This document shows, piece by piece, positions 1 through 20,062 of a stretch of 64,000 nucleotides of DNA. This DNA is from Dictyostelium discoideum. Its lineage: Eukaryota. The notes below the pieces were generated by a model that saw nothing but the letters and a program-made list of their open reading frames with translations, was not told the origin of the DNA and ran no database searches. The stretch spans positions 5,824,001 through 5,888,000 of the forward strand of contig CM000151.3 in assembly GCA_000004695.1 (NCBI GenBank), in the 5' to 3' direction. The position numbers and the translations under genes are program-made. Positions within the stretch are counted from its first letter, which is position 1. Each line of letters begins with the position of its first letter.

Positions 1-216
1 TTAATGATAAACTATTCTCTGTTTTTGATGAAAGCGATGGTACACTATCATCTTTTAAAAATGATTTCTTTCTTTTATCTTTATCTTTATCTTTTGATGA
101 TGATGACGATGATGATGATGACGATGATGATGATCCTGATCCTGATACATTTGATATTTTACTTGATTTTGGTGATGCTGATGATGATGATGATGATTTT
201 GTTGTTTTACTCTTAA

Positions 217-258
<42 letters not shown>

Positions 259-474
259 AATAAAAATAGAAATTAAAAATAGAAAATTAAAAATAGAAAT
301 TAAACTTACTTTATAAGGATTAATATTAAACATTTTTAAACTTTATATATATCTTTCTCAATTATTTACACATAGAATAGTTTTAATTTTCTTTTTATTT
401 GAACTATTATTTTTTTTTTTTTCTTTTTTTTCTTTTTTCTTTTGTTTAAAATAAATAAATAAATAAATAAATTT

Positions 475-507
<33 letters not shown>

Positions 508-592
508 ATTTGATTTAATTTACTGTTCTATATTTAACTTTGGAAAAAGAAAAAAAAAAAAATTAGAAAATTAAAAATAAAAATAAAAAATT

Positions 593-626
<34 letters not shown>

Positions 627-842
627 GGATGTTAATGATTGAATTCAAATAAAAAAAAAAAAAAAAAAAATGATTTTTGTGAAATCGGATTTTTATCACA
701 AATCATGATTACCCATTATTTAGGATTTTATAAAAATAAATAATTTTAATTTATTTACCTTAAAATAAAATTTTTTATTAAAAAAATAAAAAAACTATAT
801 TAATTAAATTTATATAAACTCTATTATTAATATTATTATTAT

Positions 843-873
<31 letters not shown>

Positions 874-1840
874 CCTGTGTGTGTGTTATGTAATTTTACA
901 ATTTTATATTTTTGAATAAGTAAATAAAAATTAAATAAAATAATAGAATAAAAAAAATAAATAAAAAAATAAATAAAAAAAAATAAAAAATAAAAAATAA
1001 AAAAAAAAAGAAAAATATTTAAAAATAAAATAAAAATAAACTTTGATATTTAAAAATAAAGTTGTAATAGCAAAAATATTTTCCAACTATTTTTAATTAA
1101 ATTTTTTTATTGTTTTTTTATTATAATCAAATTGTTTTGTGATATCAATAAAAAAAAATAAAAAATAAAAAATAAAAAATAAAATAAAAATAATAATAAT
1201 AAAAAAAAAAAAATATTGATGAAGAGGACAATTAACTTATACAAAACATTTTTTTTTTCTCTATTTTTTTTTTTTTTTTTTTGTTTTTTGTTTTTTTTTT
1301 TTTTTTTTTGTTCTCTCTAATATTACACTTTATTAAAAAATTGTTTCTCCTAATTTTATAACCCACGCACACCATTAAATTTAGCACATATCACACACTA
1401 TATCACCCTCAAAAAAAAAAAAAGTTTTTTTATTCAAACACACACACACAAAACACACACCAAATTTTCGAAAACATATATAATTCATGATTTTAATTTA
1501 ATTTAATTAAATTTTTTAAGATATATTATTGCAATTAGTTTCAGTTTGTGTATGTAGCTATATGTGTACATGTATTTTTTTGAATTGGGTGAGTGAGTGA
1601 GGGTGTTTGTTTGTTTGTTTGTTTTTAATATCTTTATTCTAAACGTTATTTTTAATGAGTTTATTTAAAAACATAATGGATATATTATTAAAATCACAAA
1701 AATAACTACACACACAACCAACAATAACAACACACACGATGTCAAAATATTAAAAAAAAAAAAAAAAATTGGGAAAAAAAAAAATTCCTATTATTTGTAT
1801 ACAAAAAACTACTATCATCATTTTATCGTTATCTTTGTTA

Positions 1841-1878
<38 letters not shown>

Positions 1879-2781
1879 TATATTTATGATTTTTTAAAAA
1901 AAAAACCTAAATATCACACGCATATTTAGTTAACTGATATATCATAATAAAAGATCTATGATTGATATTGGATTGGATTGGATTGGATTTATGAATATTA
2001 AAAAAAAAAAAAAAAAAGTGGAAAAAAAAAAAAAAAAAAAGATGGAAAAAATAAATAAATAATAAATCAAAATGTATTGATATGGGGATTGGTGGTTTTT
2101 TTTTATTATTTTATTTTTATTTTATTTTTATTTTATTTTAAATAAAAAAAAGTTTGATGATAGTAGAAAAGGTTATTGTTTAATACCAAAACAAAAACAA
2201 AACATCAAAATGGAGTTTAATTGGTTAAAAGTTTTAAAAAAGAAAAAAAAATTATATATATAAATAGTTATATATATATATATAAAAAAATAAAAAAATA
2301 AAAAAAAATCTAATTGATCTAATTAAAAAAAAAAAGGTGGAATTATGATGTAGAGTCTTTCTTCCCTCATTTCCCAAATTATTATTACTTTTTTTTTTTT
2401 TTTTTTTTTTTTTTAATACTGCAAACTTTAAAGTTTGTTTGTCTGTCATTTGGTGAAAGTTTTAATGAAATTTGAAGATTGCCAATAATTTTTATAATGT
2501 ACCATTTTATACATTTTTTAAAAAACTAGGGTTCAATGGTATTGGAATGATTGTATTTGTAGTTTTTAAATGTGATTGTGATTATAGAAAAAAAAAAAAA
2601 AGATAAAAATAAAAAATAAAAAAAAAAAAAAAAAAAAAAAAAAGTTACTTTTGGGAAAAAGTTCTTCTTTTAATCAAATTATTAATTCTTTTTACACAAT
2701 TTACCACTACTTTTATTATTTGTAGGTTCGAATTATGGTTTATGTTTTTTTTTTTTTTTATTTATTTTATTTTCTTTTTTT

Positions 2782-2818
<37 letters not shown>

Positions 2819-2974
2819 TTTTCTTTATAATAAAAAAAAAAAAAAGCATCAACTTGAGCAGATAAAAATAAATTATTATTGAAAAAAAAATAAAAAAATA
2901 AAAAATTAAAAAAAAAGAATCAAGTGATTTTTTTTTTTTTAGATTTTTTGATTTAATTTTTACAAAACATGAAC

Positions 2975-3013
<39 letters not shown>

Positions 3014-3819
3014 AATAATATCTTCTTACCTGTTGTATTATTTTTAATTCAAATAATTTTTGTTTTGTTTTTTGTGATTATTATTATTTTGGTAAAGAGA
3101 TAATACAATATGCGTTTTTCTGTAAACTATAAATAAAAACGGTTTTGTTTAGTTTGAAAAAAAAAAATAAAATAAAAAATAAAAATAAAAAATAAAAACA
3201 ATCAAAAAAAAAAAAAAAAAAAAAATTATTTTTGTTTATTTTTTTTTTTTTTTTTTTCTTTGCGACAGAAAGCTTTAATCTGCACCGTGATAAACTGTTT
3301 TTTTTTTTTTTTTTGAAAATTTTTCAAAGTTTTAGTATTAAATATTTTTTTTTACACCAAAGATATCATAGTGACAATGGTTTTGAGAAAATAAAAATTA
3401 AAATGAGATCTGAAATCGAGCATTCAATTATTATAATTTTTTTTTTTTTTCTTTTTTTTTTTCAATAACAGGGAAAAAATAAAAATAAATATCTTCCCGC
3501 TTAAGGAGTTTATTTTTTATTTTTTAATTTATTTTTTAATTTATTTTTTCCCTTCACGCCATCCTACCAAACTCAGGCGTATAGCATTAGTTTTTTTAAT
3601 TTTTTTTTTATTATTTTTTTTTTTCCACACTTTTGACATTTTATTTTTTTTTGTTTAATTTTTTTTTTTTTCCTTAATGTTTTTTTTTTTTTTTTTTTTT
3701 TGATTTGTTTTGGAATGGATTTTTTTTTACCGAAACTTCTTTTTAAAGATAAAAATTGAAAATAACTTTTGATTAATTAAAATTAAATAATTGCAATAAA
3801 TTTGGGTAATAAAAAAAAG

Positions 3820-3820
<1 letters not shown>

Positions 3821-3904
<84 letters not shown>

Positions 3905-3955
3905 TTATTATTATTATTTTTATTATTTTTATTATTATAATATTATTATTTAATT
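3821..3955. repeat. (ATT)n microsatellite of about 40 units with two T insertions near its end.
   Basis: A direct read. It generates the spurious poly-I ORF 3802..4059. Confidence 0.95.
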
Positions 3956-3986
3956 TTTTATTATTATTTAGTTTTTTATTAGGCGC

Positions 3987-4018
<32 letters not shown>

Positions 4019-4168
4019 AAAAAGTTCTGAAAAATCATCGGCGACATTGTTTTTGTTAGTATTGCAAATCATCGAAAACTCCCTTTTTAAATGAAAAAAA
4101 AAAAAAGGTTTTAAAATATGAAAAGTATATACCTTAAAGTCTAATTAAATATGAGAACATTAATAATA

Positions 4169-4204
<36 letters not shown>

Positions 4205-4214
4205 GTTTTTTTTA

Positions 4215-4253
<39 letters not shown>

Positions 4254-4730
4254 AAAAATAAAACAAAAAATTTTTTTTTTTTCAACCACAAAATTTTTTT
4301 TTTTTTTCAATTTTTTTTTTTTTTTTTTTTTTAATAATCATATATTAAAATTCAATCCACCTATTTTAACAAAGAAAGATTAATATCTGCGATTGTGTGT
4401 GCGTGCGTCACAGTAACCAAATTAACGATAATATATAGCTACGACACACCACATCATTTTATATGTGTGCGTGTGTGTGTTTTCCTATATAATAATAATA
4501 TATGCAAATATTCAATATTTTAAAAAAATAAAATAAAAAATAAAAAAAAAAAAAAAACAATTTAATTAACATATATACACACTCCCATTTCATTATAAAA
4601 AAAAAAAAAAAAAAAAAAAATTTTTAAAATTTAAAATTAAAAAATTTAACGGAATTAAACACATAAAGTAATAACAATAAATAATATAATATATAACGAT
4701 ATTAAAGGTATATTTAACGATTTAAGAAAG

Positions 4731-4772
<42 letters not shown>

Positions 4773-4809
4773 ATTAAAATTAAAACAATAATAAAGAAAT
4801 AGATAAAGA

Positions 4810-11178
<6,369 letters not shown>

Positions 11179-11585
11179 AAAAAAAAAAAAACAATAATAT
11201 ATAAAAAACATTGATAGTGATGATTTAATTAAAAAAAAAAAAAAAAAACAAAACAAAACCATTTTATTTTATTTTTTCTTTTATTTATTTTTATTTTCTA
11301 TTTTAAAATATAATTATTTAAAAGTGGAATAGAAAAAATAAATAAAAAAGGAAAAGTTAATAAAAATATATAAACAAAACCATAAAGATTATATTAACCA
11401 TTATCTTAAATTACCATCAAATAGATATTTATTTTTTTATTTTTTTTTTTTTTTATTTTTTCATTTTATTTTTGTTTTTTTGTCCAAAAAAATTAAAACG
11501 ATCAAATTTGATTTTTTTTTTTTTATTTTTCATTTTTTTTTTTTTATTTTTCATTTTTTTTTTTTTTTTTTTTTTTTTTAATAAA

Positions 11586-14483
11586 ATGATAAGATCATCA
11601 ATAAAAAATAAAATAACAACAACAAAAAGTTTATCATGTATTTCATTAATAAATAGACAATATGGTACATCAACAAAAGAAGTACGTGAAACATTTTTAA
11701 ATTATTTTGAAAAAAATGGTCATAAAAGATTACCAAGTGGTAGTTTATTACCATATAATGATAATTCATTATTATTTACAAATGCAGGTAAAGTTTATTA
11801 ATATATAAATATATTTTTTTAAATCATAAAATTAATTATTAATATAAATAATATATTAAATATGATTTTTTTTTTAAAAAAAAAAGGTATGGTACAATTT
11901 AAAAATCAATTTACAGGTAATGAAGAATCAAAATATAAAAAAGTTACAACATCACAAAAATGTGTTAGAGCAGGTGGTAAACATAATGATTTAGATAATG
12001 TTGGATATACAGCAAGACATCATACATTTTTTGAAATGTTGGGTAATTTTTCATTTGGAGGATATAATCATTTTAAAAGAGATTCAATTCAACATGCATG
12101 GGATTTATTGACAAAAGAATATGGTTTACCAAAAGAGAGATTAGCAATTTCAGTTTTAGAGGGTGATGAAGAATCAGCAGAAATTTGGAGAAATCAAATT
12201 GGATTACCAAATGATAAGATTATGTATAAAGGTAGAGAGGATAATTTTTGGTCAATGGGTGATGGTCCTGGACCATGTGGACCATGTTCAGAAATATTTT
12301 GGGATCATGGTAAAGAAGTTGATGGTGAAAGATATTTAGAGATTTGGAATCTCGTTTTTATGCAATATAATAAGAGTGGTAAAGAAGGTGATGAGATGCC
12401 AGTTGACAAATTACCAATACCTTGTGTTGATACAGGTATGGGTTTAGAAAGAATGGCATCGGTTTTACAAGGTAAATTTACAAATTACGATATTGATTTA
12501 TTTCAAAATTTAATTAATTCATTCAAAGAGATTGTAACAATGGATGTTGGTAGAGCACAATTTCAACTTCAACAAGATCCACAAAGAGTTGAAACTGCCT
12601 ACAGAGTGATTGCTGACCATCTAAGATCAATTTCATTTTTAATTTCAGATGGTGTAATTCCATTCAATATTGGTAGAGGTTATGTATTAAGAAAAATTAT
12701 TAGACGTGCATTATCCTATGGTAAAATTTTAGGTTTTAATGGACCTTTTCTCTCAACTTTATTCCCATTATTAGAGAGGGAAATGGGTGATATTTATCCA
12801 CAATTAATTGAACGTTCAAATGAAATTAGAAATGTTATTCTAAATGAAGAGGGTACATTTTATAATGCAATTCAAAGAGGTATACCTTATTTAGAGGAAT
12901 TTGTTCAACAAAATAAATTAAATGAAGAATCATTATTTTTACTTTATAATACTTATGGTTTACCATTGGAAATGTCTCAAGTTAAAGCTAAACAAAATAA
13001 TATTGAAATTGATATGGATAAAGTTAATAAACTTATAGATGAAACTAGAGAACAATCAAGATTAACTTGGAATACATCATCATCATCAAGTGATCAAACT
13101 ACTCAACAAACTACTCAATTACCAGAGAAAACATTTTTATCATGGAAAAGTGATAATATTAAACCAAAATTCATTGGATATAATGGATGTGTTGAAAATG
13201 ATAATTCAAAAGTTTTAAGATCTCACTTTGACAATGATAGTCATTTGGTTTATTTATCATTAGATGAAACTCCATTCTATGGTACTTCAGGTGGTCAAGT
13301 TGGTGATGTTGGTGAATTAATCAATGTTTCAAGTGGTAAAAATGTTTATCGTGTAATTAATACAATTAAACCATATGAAGGTGGTTTAGTTTTAGTAGTT
13401 GAATGGGATCCTTCACAACAATTGGCTTCACAGGTTTATCAAGATTTAAAACAAGATTCATTATTGAATTGTAGAGTGGATCGTTCAATTAGAAATCAAG
13501 TTGCTGTTCATCATAGTGCTACTCATTTGCTACATGCAGCATTAAGAAATGTAATTGGCAAAAGTGTAGTTCAAGCTGGTTCATTGGTTGGTAGTGAATC
13601 ATTACGTTTCGATTTCACACATGGTCAAAAATTAACACCAAATCAAATTGAACAAATTGAACAATGGGTAAATGATGCAATTGCCAAAGATATAGCTTTG
13701 AATACCGATGAAATTCCATATGAACAAGCATCTAAAAATAGTGATACCCTTCAATTATTTAGTGAAAAGTATAGTGAATTGGTACGTGTTGTTAGTATAC
13801 CTGGATTCTCTAAGGAGCTCTGTGGTGGTACACATGTTGAACGTTCATCTTCAATTCATCAATTTAAAATTATAAGTGAAAGTAGTGTAGCAGCAGGAAC
13901 TCGTAGAATTGAAGCAGTGGCAGGTTTAGCAGCAACAAACTTTTTCAAAAATCATTATCAATTAGTTCATCAATTATCAAATAGTATAAATTCGCCAATA
14001 GTTAATTTCCAACAATCATTTGAACGTTTGGTAAATACAAATTCAAAACAAGAAAAAGAAATTTTCGATCTAAAATTAAAGATTGCTCAACTTTCATCTG
14101 TAAATTATAATGGTCAATACAAATCTGATAATGGTGGTGAAATGATACCTTTATCATTACATATTATCGATTGTGAAGATAAAAAAGCATTTACAAAAGT
14201 AACTGAAAACTTTGCAAAAGAATTCTCTTCATCACCAATTCAATTAACAATTAGTAAAGGTGGAAAAGTTTTATGTCAATTATTATCATCATCATCATCC
14301 TCATCCTCCTCATTATCAGCTGATACAGTTTTAAAACAATTATTTAAATCAATTGGTATGGGAAAAGGTGGTGGAAATAAATTAATGGCAAATGCTTCAA
14401 TTCAACCATTAAATAATGAAATTTTAAATTCAATTTTAAATTGGTCAAATGTTAACAACAATTATAATAATAAAAAAAATTAA
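11586..14483 (+). CDS. malaS: Alanyl-tRNA synthetase, probably the mitochondrial isoform. Exon 1 is 11586..11787 and exon 2 is 11887..14483.
   Basis: The class II AlaRS motifs are clear: [51 protein letters not shown] and the editing-domain HxxxH (HHSATHLLH). The donor is AG|GTAAAG at 11788 in phase 1, and the acceptor AG at 11885-86 regenerates the Gly codon, so the protein reads ...FTNAG/MVQF... The N-terminus [29 protein letters not shown] is basic and hydroxyl-rich and looks like a mitochondrial presequence. The gene symbol is from memory and is tentative. Confidence 0.85.
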
Positions 14484-14828
14484 TTTTATTTTATACTTCT
14501 CTTTTTTTTTTGGAAAAGTTATTAAAAAAAAAAGTTGATCTGATGAGTATTTTTTTCATTTCAGCAATGATTTAATTTTATTTATTTTTAATTTGATTTA
14601 GCGTATATAAATAGGACACACAAAAACACACAAGTGATATATATATAAAAAAAAAAAAAATGAATGTAACCATTCTGTTTATTAGTTGAATAACATTCAA
14701 AAAATTTCACATAAAAAAAAAAAATATTTTTTAATTTTTTTTTTTAATTTTTTTTTTAATTTTTTTTTTTTAAATCTCAAACAAACACATTTAAAAGAGC
14801 GAATCAGAGTTCTTTTGTTCATTTTAAA

Positions 14829-17800
14829 ATGCAAAAAATAAAAGAGGGGTACAGGAGGAGACATGATTATATCATTCCTAAATTTATATCCTTTCAATCT
14901 GGATATCTCGATTTCTCATTTTATCAAGTATCGCTAAAAAATGTGAAGTATCTCGATTTATCATCGTATTATCAATTACACGCACCAAGAAGATTTCGAA
15001 AAATTGTGGAGTATCTAAATTTATCATATGGTCAATTACTCACACTAGGAACATTGCCAAAATATGTGATGTCTCTCGATTTATCATCATATAATCAACT
15101 ATTCACACCAGGAAGATTGCCAATTAGGGTGTCTCTCGATTTATCATCATATAATCAACTATTCACACCAGGAAGATTGCCAGATACTGTGGATTATCTC
15201 AAATTATCATCCTATAATCAACTATTCACACCAGGAACATTGCCAAATCATATGGTTTATCTCAATTTATCATCCTATAATCAACCATTAACACCTGGAA
15301 CATTACCAAATAAGGTGAAGTATCTCGTTTTATCATCGTATAATCAATTACTCACACCTGGAACATTACCAAATAATGTGAAGTATGTCGATTTATCATC
15401 ATATAATAAATTACTCACACCTGAAACATTACCAAATAAGGTGAAGTATCTCGTTTTATCATCGTATGATCAATTACTCACACCTGGAACATTACCAAAT
15501 AATGTGAAGTGTGTCGATTTATCATCATATGATAAATTACTCACACCTGGAACATTACCAAATAATGTGAAGTATGTCGATTTATCATCATATAATAAAT
15601 TACTCACACCTAGAACATTACCAAATAATGTGGAGTGTCTCGTTTTATCATCGTATAATCAATTACTCACACCTGGAATATTGCCAAATTATGTGAAGTA
15701 TCTCGATATATCATCATATAATCAATTACTCACACCTGGAACATTGTCAAATAATGTAGAGTATCTCGATTTATCATCATATAATCAAGTACTCGCACCT
15801 AAAACTATTCCAAATAATGTTAAGTGTCTCGATTGTCCATCTTATAAGCAATCACTCATATCTGAAACATTTCCCAATAGGGTTGGAGATCTCGAATTAT
15901 CCGATCACCCAAAACATGTCAATGATAACTGGGAAATTATTAAACCTCAAAAGAATATATCAGAAAATAAAGTTTATTATACCACCAAACATAAAAATGT
16001 AAGCATAATTATTTAAAATCACTTTAAATTTCCTCCAATCATTCAAATTAAATTTAATTAACCCATTGTTAATAGGCCAAGATTATAGATGTTTTAAATA
16101 TTTGCAAATGCTCTCTAAAGTTATATGGATATGTTAAAGATAGAAATAACGAATTTAACATTTATTTCGAATATATTGATAAAGCAATTCCATTATCTAG
16201 GTTATTGGAAAAGCTCAATAAAAAAGAACAATTTATTGTAGCTACTGAAATAATCAAATCAATAAAGAGTATTCATGAAATGGGTATAATTCATTTTGAT
16301 ATTAAATGCCAAAATATTCTTATTCTTTATGATGAAAATGAAAAAATGTTACCGACAGATTTTATTAAGATAATTGGCTTTGACCATTCAACATTAGATT
16401 CAGAAGTAAATTCAAATATTATTGGTGTAACAGAAACTCATATGGCGCCAGAAATTAAATTAAAAAATGGTAAATTAGGTTATAAATCAGATATCTGGAG
16501 TTTAGGTTGTACATTAATTGAAATTGTAGGTGGTAACCTAAAATTACTAGATATTAATGGTATTCCTTTAATTCCTGATCATTTATCAAATCTTTTTAAA
16601 AACACTATCCAACATTGTTTACAAATCAATCCAAATGCTAGATTCAATGCCAATGAATTGTACAACTATGTAATTAAAGACAGCATAATGGAACCAATAG
16701 AACCAATTTACCTTCCCAATCAATGTACCAATTTACCATTATTCAATGAGGTAATTGTTCCATCAGGTTTTTTTGGTATAAAATATTTAGAATTACAAGC
16801 CTACAATCAACCAATTGATAGTATATTTATCTTTAATGGTGTAGAGTATTTAATATTACAATCATTCAACCATCCTTTAGGTCCAGGTATATTACCAGAA
16901 AGTATTAAGTATTTAAAACTACCATCCTTTAACCATCCTCTTAAAGAAGGATCAATTCCTCGATCAGTAATACACCTTGTATTTAATAAATTTAATCAAT
17001 TTTCTCTAGATGAAATAAACTTAATTCTTCCAAAATTTTTAGACTTTGGTGATGCATTCGATATTGAAAAATATGGGATTTTAATTCCTGAAGATTCAAT
17101 CCTAACACTAAGAACTGGATTTACATTTAACCAACCCATTAATCAAAGATACATCCCTTCTTCAGTTACAGATCTACAATTATACAACTACAATTTAAAA
17201 ATACTACCCCATAGTATTCCTCGGTCAATAATAATGCTAACACTCGGTTCAAATTTCACTCACTTTGAATCATTATCAAATCTTCCATCATCAATTATCA
17301 ATTTGACATTCGGTTTCAAAAACAATTTTAAAATAGCGGAGTTAAAAAAATATATACCATCACATATCACATCAATAAACATCAATGGTAAAATAGTTAA
17401 TTTTAAAAAATCATCACCTTTAAACACATTTAATCAATCGACAGATAATATATTAAATAATAATGAGCATTTTAAGGAGGATTGGGAAATTATTTCAACA
17501 TTAGGAAGTGGCAATTTTGGAAAAGTATTTAAGGCAAGAAAAATCAATGGAATCATAAATGGATCAAAAGTATCGTTGTGTGCAATAAAAAAAATTGAAA
17601 AAAAAGATAAATTAAAAATTGTATGTATTCATATGAAAATTATATTTTTTTTAAAAACACTAACATTAAAAAACAATTAAATTTTAAAATAGAAATTATC
17701 AACAGAGGTTGAGATTTTAAATAAATTAAAAGATAATGAACATTCAATGAAATACTATGGTTATGGATACGATGAAGATGATAATCTATTTATTTATACA

Positions 17801-19021
17801 GAATACATTGAAGGTTCCACATCTATTTCAGACCTAATAAAAAAAAAACCAAATAATAGATTTGAAGAGGAAGAAATAAAATCTTTAATGATTAAAATTG
17901 TCAAAGCGCTAAGTAAAATTCACGAATCAGGTGTTATTCATCGTGATATTAAAAGTGATCACATCATTTTGGCTCAAGATAAAAATAATGAAACCATTGT
18001 AAAATTCATAGATTTTGGATTATCAAAACAAATTGAAAAGAATTCAAAGTATTATTCATTTGTAGGTACAGATTCACACATGGCACCAGAAGTTAAATTA
18101 CAAAATGGTAAAGCAGGTAGTAAATCCGATATTTTTTGTATAGGTTGCACAATGATTGAAATGGCTGGTTTGAATTTGTGCCATTCTGAAAGAGATGATA
18201 AAGGTATACCCTCAATACCAACACACCTATCCAATTCATTCAAAAATATAATTCAAAATTGTTTAAAGTTTGACACAAACGCTAGGCATAGTGTTGAAAG
18301 TTTAATTATTACCTTGTCTAATGTAAGGGTTAAATATAAATTACAAAGAAAGAAACCCATTCTAATTTTTTTTTAAAAATTTGTAAAAAATTTTATCTAG
18401 ATTCAAATTGAAGGCGATTCAGTATTTGAAAAGTATTTATCACCAAATTTAAAGAAATTAGAATTAAAAACCAATGAACCAATTTTATTAGGATCAATTG
18501 GTAATGAAATAAACTACCTTTCATTACCAATTTATAACCAAATGATAACACCAGGAGCTTTACCACCATCTGTTCAATATCTCTTATTTAATAAATTAAA
18601 TCAATACCTTGAATGTGATTCAATACCAGAATCAGTTAAATATTTAGATTTAGGTAATGAATTTGACATTGAAAAAAATGGAATTAATCTTTCAAACGAA
18701 TCAATATTAGTACTTAGATGTGGTTTTAATTTTACACAACCAGTTAGCCAAAGACTCCTACCTTATTCTGTAACAGATTTACAATTATACAACTATAATA
18801 TTAATTTAAAAAGAAACAGTATTCCAACATTAGTTACATCGCTCACTCTTGGTTCAAATTTCACAAACATCGAATCCCTTTCATTTCTTCCCGAAAATGT
18901 CAATAGTTTAGCAATAGGTATTAAAGATGAAGATGAAAAACTAACCAAAGAAATAGAAAAAATAATACAAACAAAAAAAAGCATTACCTCCTTTAAAATA
19001 AATGGAATACAAAGAAATTAA
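14829..19021 (+). CDS. FNIP-repeat protein carrying two protein-kinase domains in tandem, a degenerate pseudokinase followed by an active Ser/Thr kinase. The four exons are 14829..15998, 16076..17620, 17693..18322 and 18401..19021.
   Basis: Repeats of about 22 aa (YLDLSSYNQLLTPGTLPNNVKY; later FNHPL and TFNQPINQRYIPSSVTDLQLYNYN) match the Dictyostelium FNIP-repeat family. The first kinase domain lacks a Gly-loop (IKPQKNISENKVYYTTKHKN), has HFD instead of HRD, and has GFD (IGFDHS) instead of DFG, although it keeps APE (HMAPEIK). The second kinase domain has GSGNFGKV, AIKKI, HRDIK, DFG and APE. Splice sites are canonical and frame-preserving: N|GTAAGC at 15999 with ..AATAG|GCC at 16075, KI|GTATGT at 17621 with ..AATAG|AAA at 17692, and NV|GTAAGG at 18323 with ..TCTAG|ATT at 18400. 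Confidence 0.7.
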
Positions 19022-19230
19022 TAAATTATTTAATATTTATTTATATTTTTCTTTGTTTTTTTTAAAATTATTTTGATGAAAAACTAACGTAATAAATAGA
19101 AAAAATAACAAAAACAAAAAAAAAAAAAGTATTACCTCTTTCAAAATAAATGGAATACAAATAAATTAATAAAATTATTTAATATTTATTTATATTTTTC
19201 TTTGTTTTTTTTTAAAATTATTTTGATTTT
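18970..19230 (+). repeat. Tandem duplication of about 105 bp covering the last codons and 3' UTR of the FNIP kinase gene. The copies lie at about 18972-19078 and 19125-19229 and are roughly 90% identical.
   Basis: The first copy reads aaaagcattacctcctttaaaataaatggaatacaaagaaattaataaattatttaatatttatttatatttttctttgttttttttaaaattattttgat. The second reads aaagtattacctctttcaaaataaatggaatacaaataaattaataaaattatttaatatttatttatatttttctttgtttttttttaaaattattttgat. Confidence 0.8.
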
Positions 19231-20030
19231 AAAATTAAATGTTTATCAATTGGTGAAAGTTTTTGATAATTATGAGATTGCATTATAAAGGATGGACTTA
19301 AAAATAAAACATTTGGATATTTTTGTTTTGTAATATCAAATAAACGATCCCATACAGTTTTATCAGTGATAATAAATTTGGTTGAATTTGTTGGAATTGA
19401 AGAAATTGAACCTTTATATGCTGTAATTAAACGAACAATATTCTTTCTTAAAGCTTCATCTTTTACGCTAAGATAAAATTCAAATCCCTCAAAAAATGAT
19501 GGAAGTGGATTTAAAATATCTAAATTGAAAGAAGAAAAAAAAAAAAAAATTAGATACTAAACTTTTTGAATTATAAAATATAAATATTATTTTAAACTTA
19601 CATTCTTTGCCCTTAAAATCGTGTGGGTTATTCTTTGGTAATTGAGTTGAACATTTTTCTGGAATAATAGAATCTTTGACTTGGTTTTTATTTGTAGTTG
19701 ATTGTGATGATTGTTGTGATAGTGATGATTTTTTACTATTGCCTTCCAAATAATCGTCAGTTGTTGATTTATTTGGAGAAGTTGGTCCATTTATTGTTGA
19801 TTTATTATTATTCTTACTATTATTTTTATTATTGCTGTTTTCATTATTTTCATTATCATTGCCATTATTATAATTATTTACAAGTCTATCAATTTCTTCT
19901 TTAATTTGTTCAGGTGTCATTAATACTGTATCATGATTATCAAATAATGAATCATCATCAAATTCGTCAAGTTTTTGTTGTTTTGGTTTATATGAAATCT
20001 TTTCTTCTTTTTCTTTTTTATCTTTGTTTT

Positions 20031-20062
<32 letters not shown>

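Noticed and set aside
1-333. ORFs at the window start, 4..216 on the plus strand and 55..333 on the minus strand with a His-rich C-terminus.
   Set aside because: They are read from a (GATGAT)n/(ATCATC)n repeat and a 36-nt poly-A tract. They could be the tail of a gene lying outside the window, but nothing inside the window supports that.
2715-2745. A possible tRNA gene at the ggttcgaatt motif.
   Set aside because: Only a B-box-like decamer is present. There is no A box, no acceptor-stem complementarity and no CCA-compatible 3' end in the flanking sequence.
3802-4059. ORFs encoding poly-I, poly-Y, poly-L, poly-F or poly-K, such as 3802..4059, 7288..7568, 22813..23127, 30846..31382, 38020..38253, 41505..41797 and 58236..58535.
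   Set aside because: They are translations of (ATT)n/(AAT)n microsatellites or of homopolymers in the wrong frame or strand. None has a start-codon context or conserved sequence.
18052-18243. Antisense ORFs inside larger genes, such as 18052..18243, 24060..24293, 36196..36596, 46509..46997 and 54720..54968.
   Set aside because: They lie opposite well-supported conserved CDSs and show no conservation or start-codon context of their own.
19489-19620. A continuous reading of the XRCC1 ORF to its stop at 19489, and an alternative alignment of PHDFKGKE to human PDFFQGKH as the start of BRCT2.
   Set aside because: The sequence after GAAT|GTAAGT is AT-rich intron. The PHDFKGKE match gives no phase-compatible donor and acceptor pair, whereas the LPSFFEGFEFYLS alignment does.
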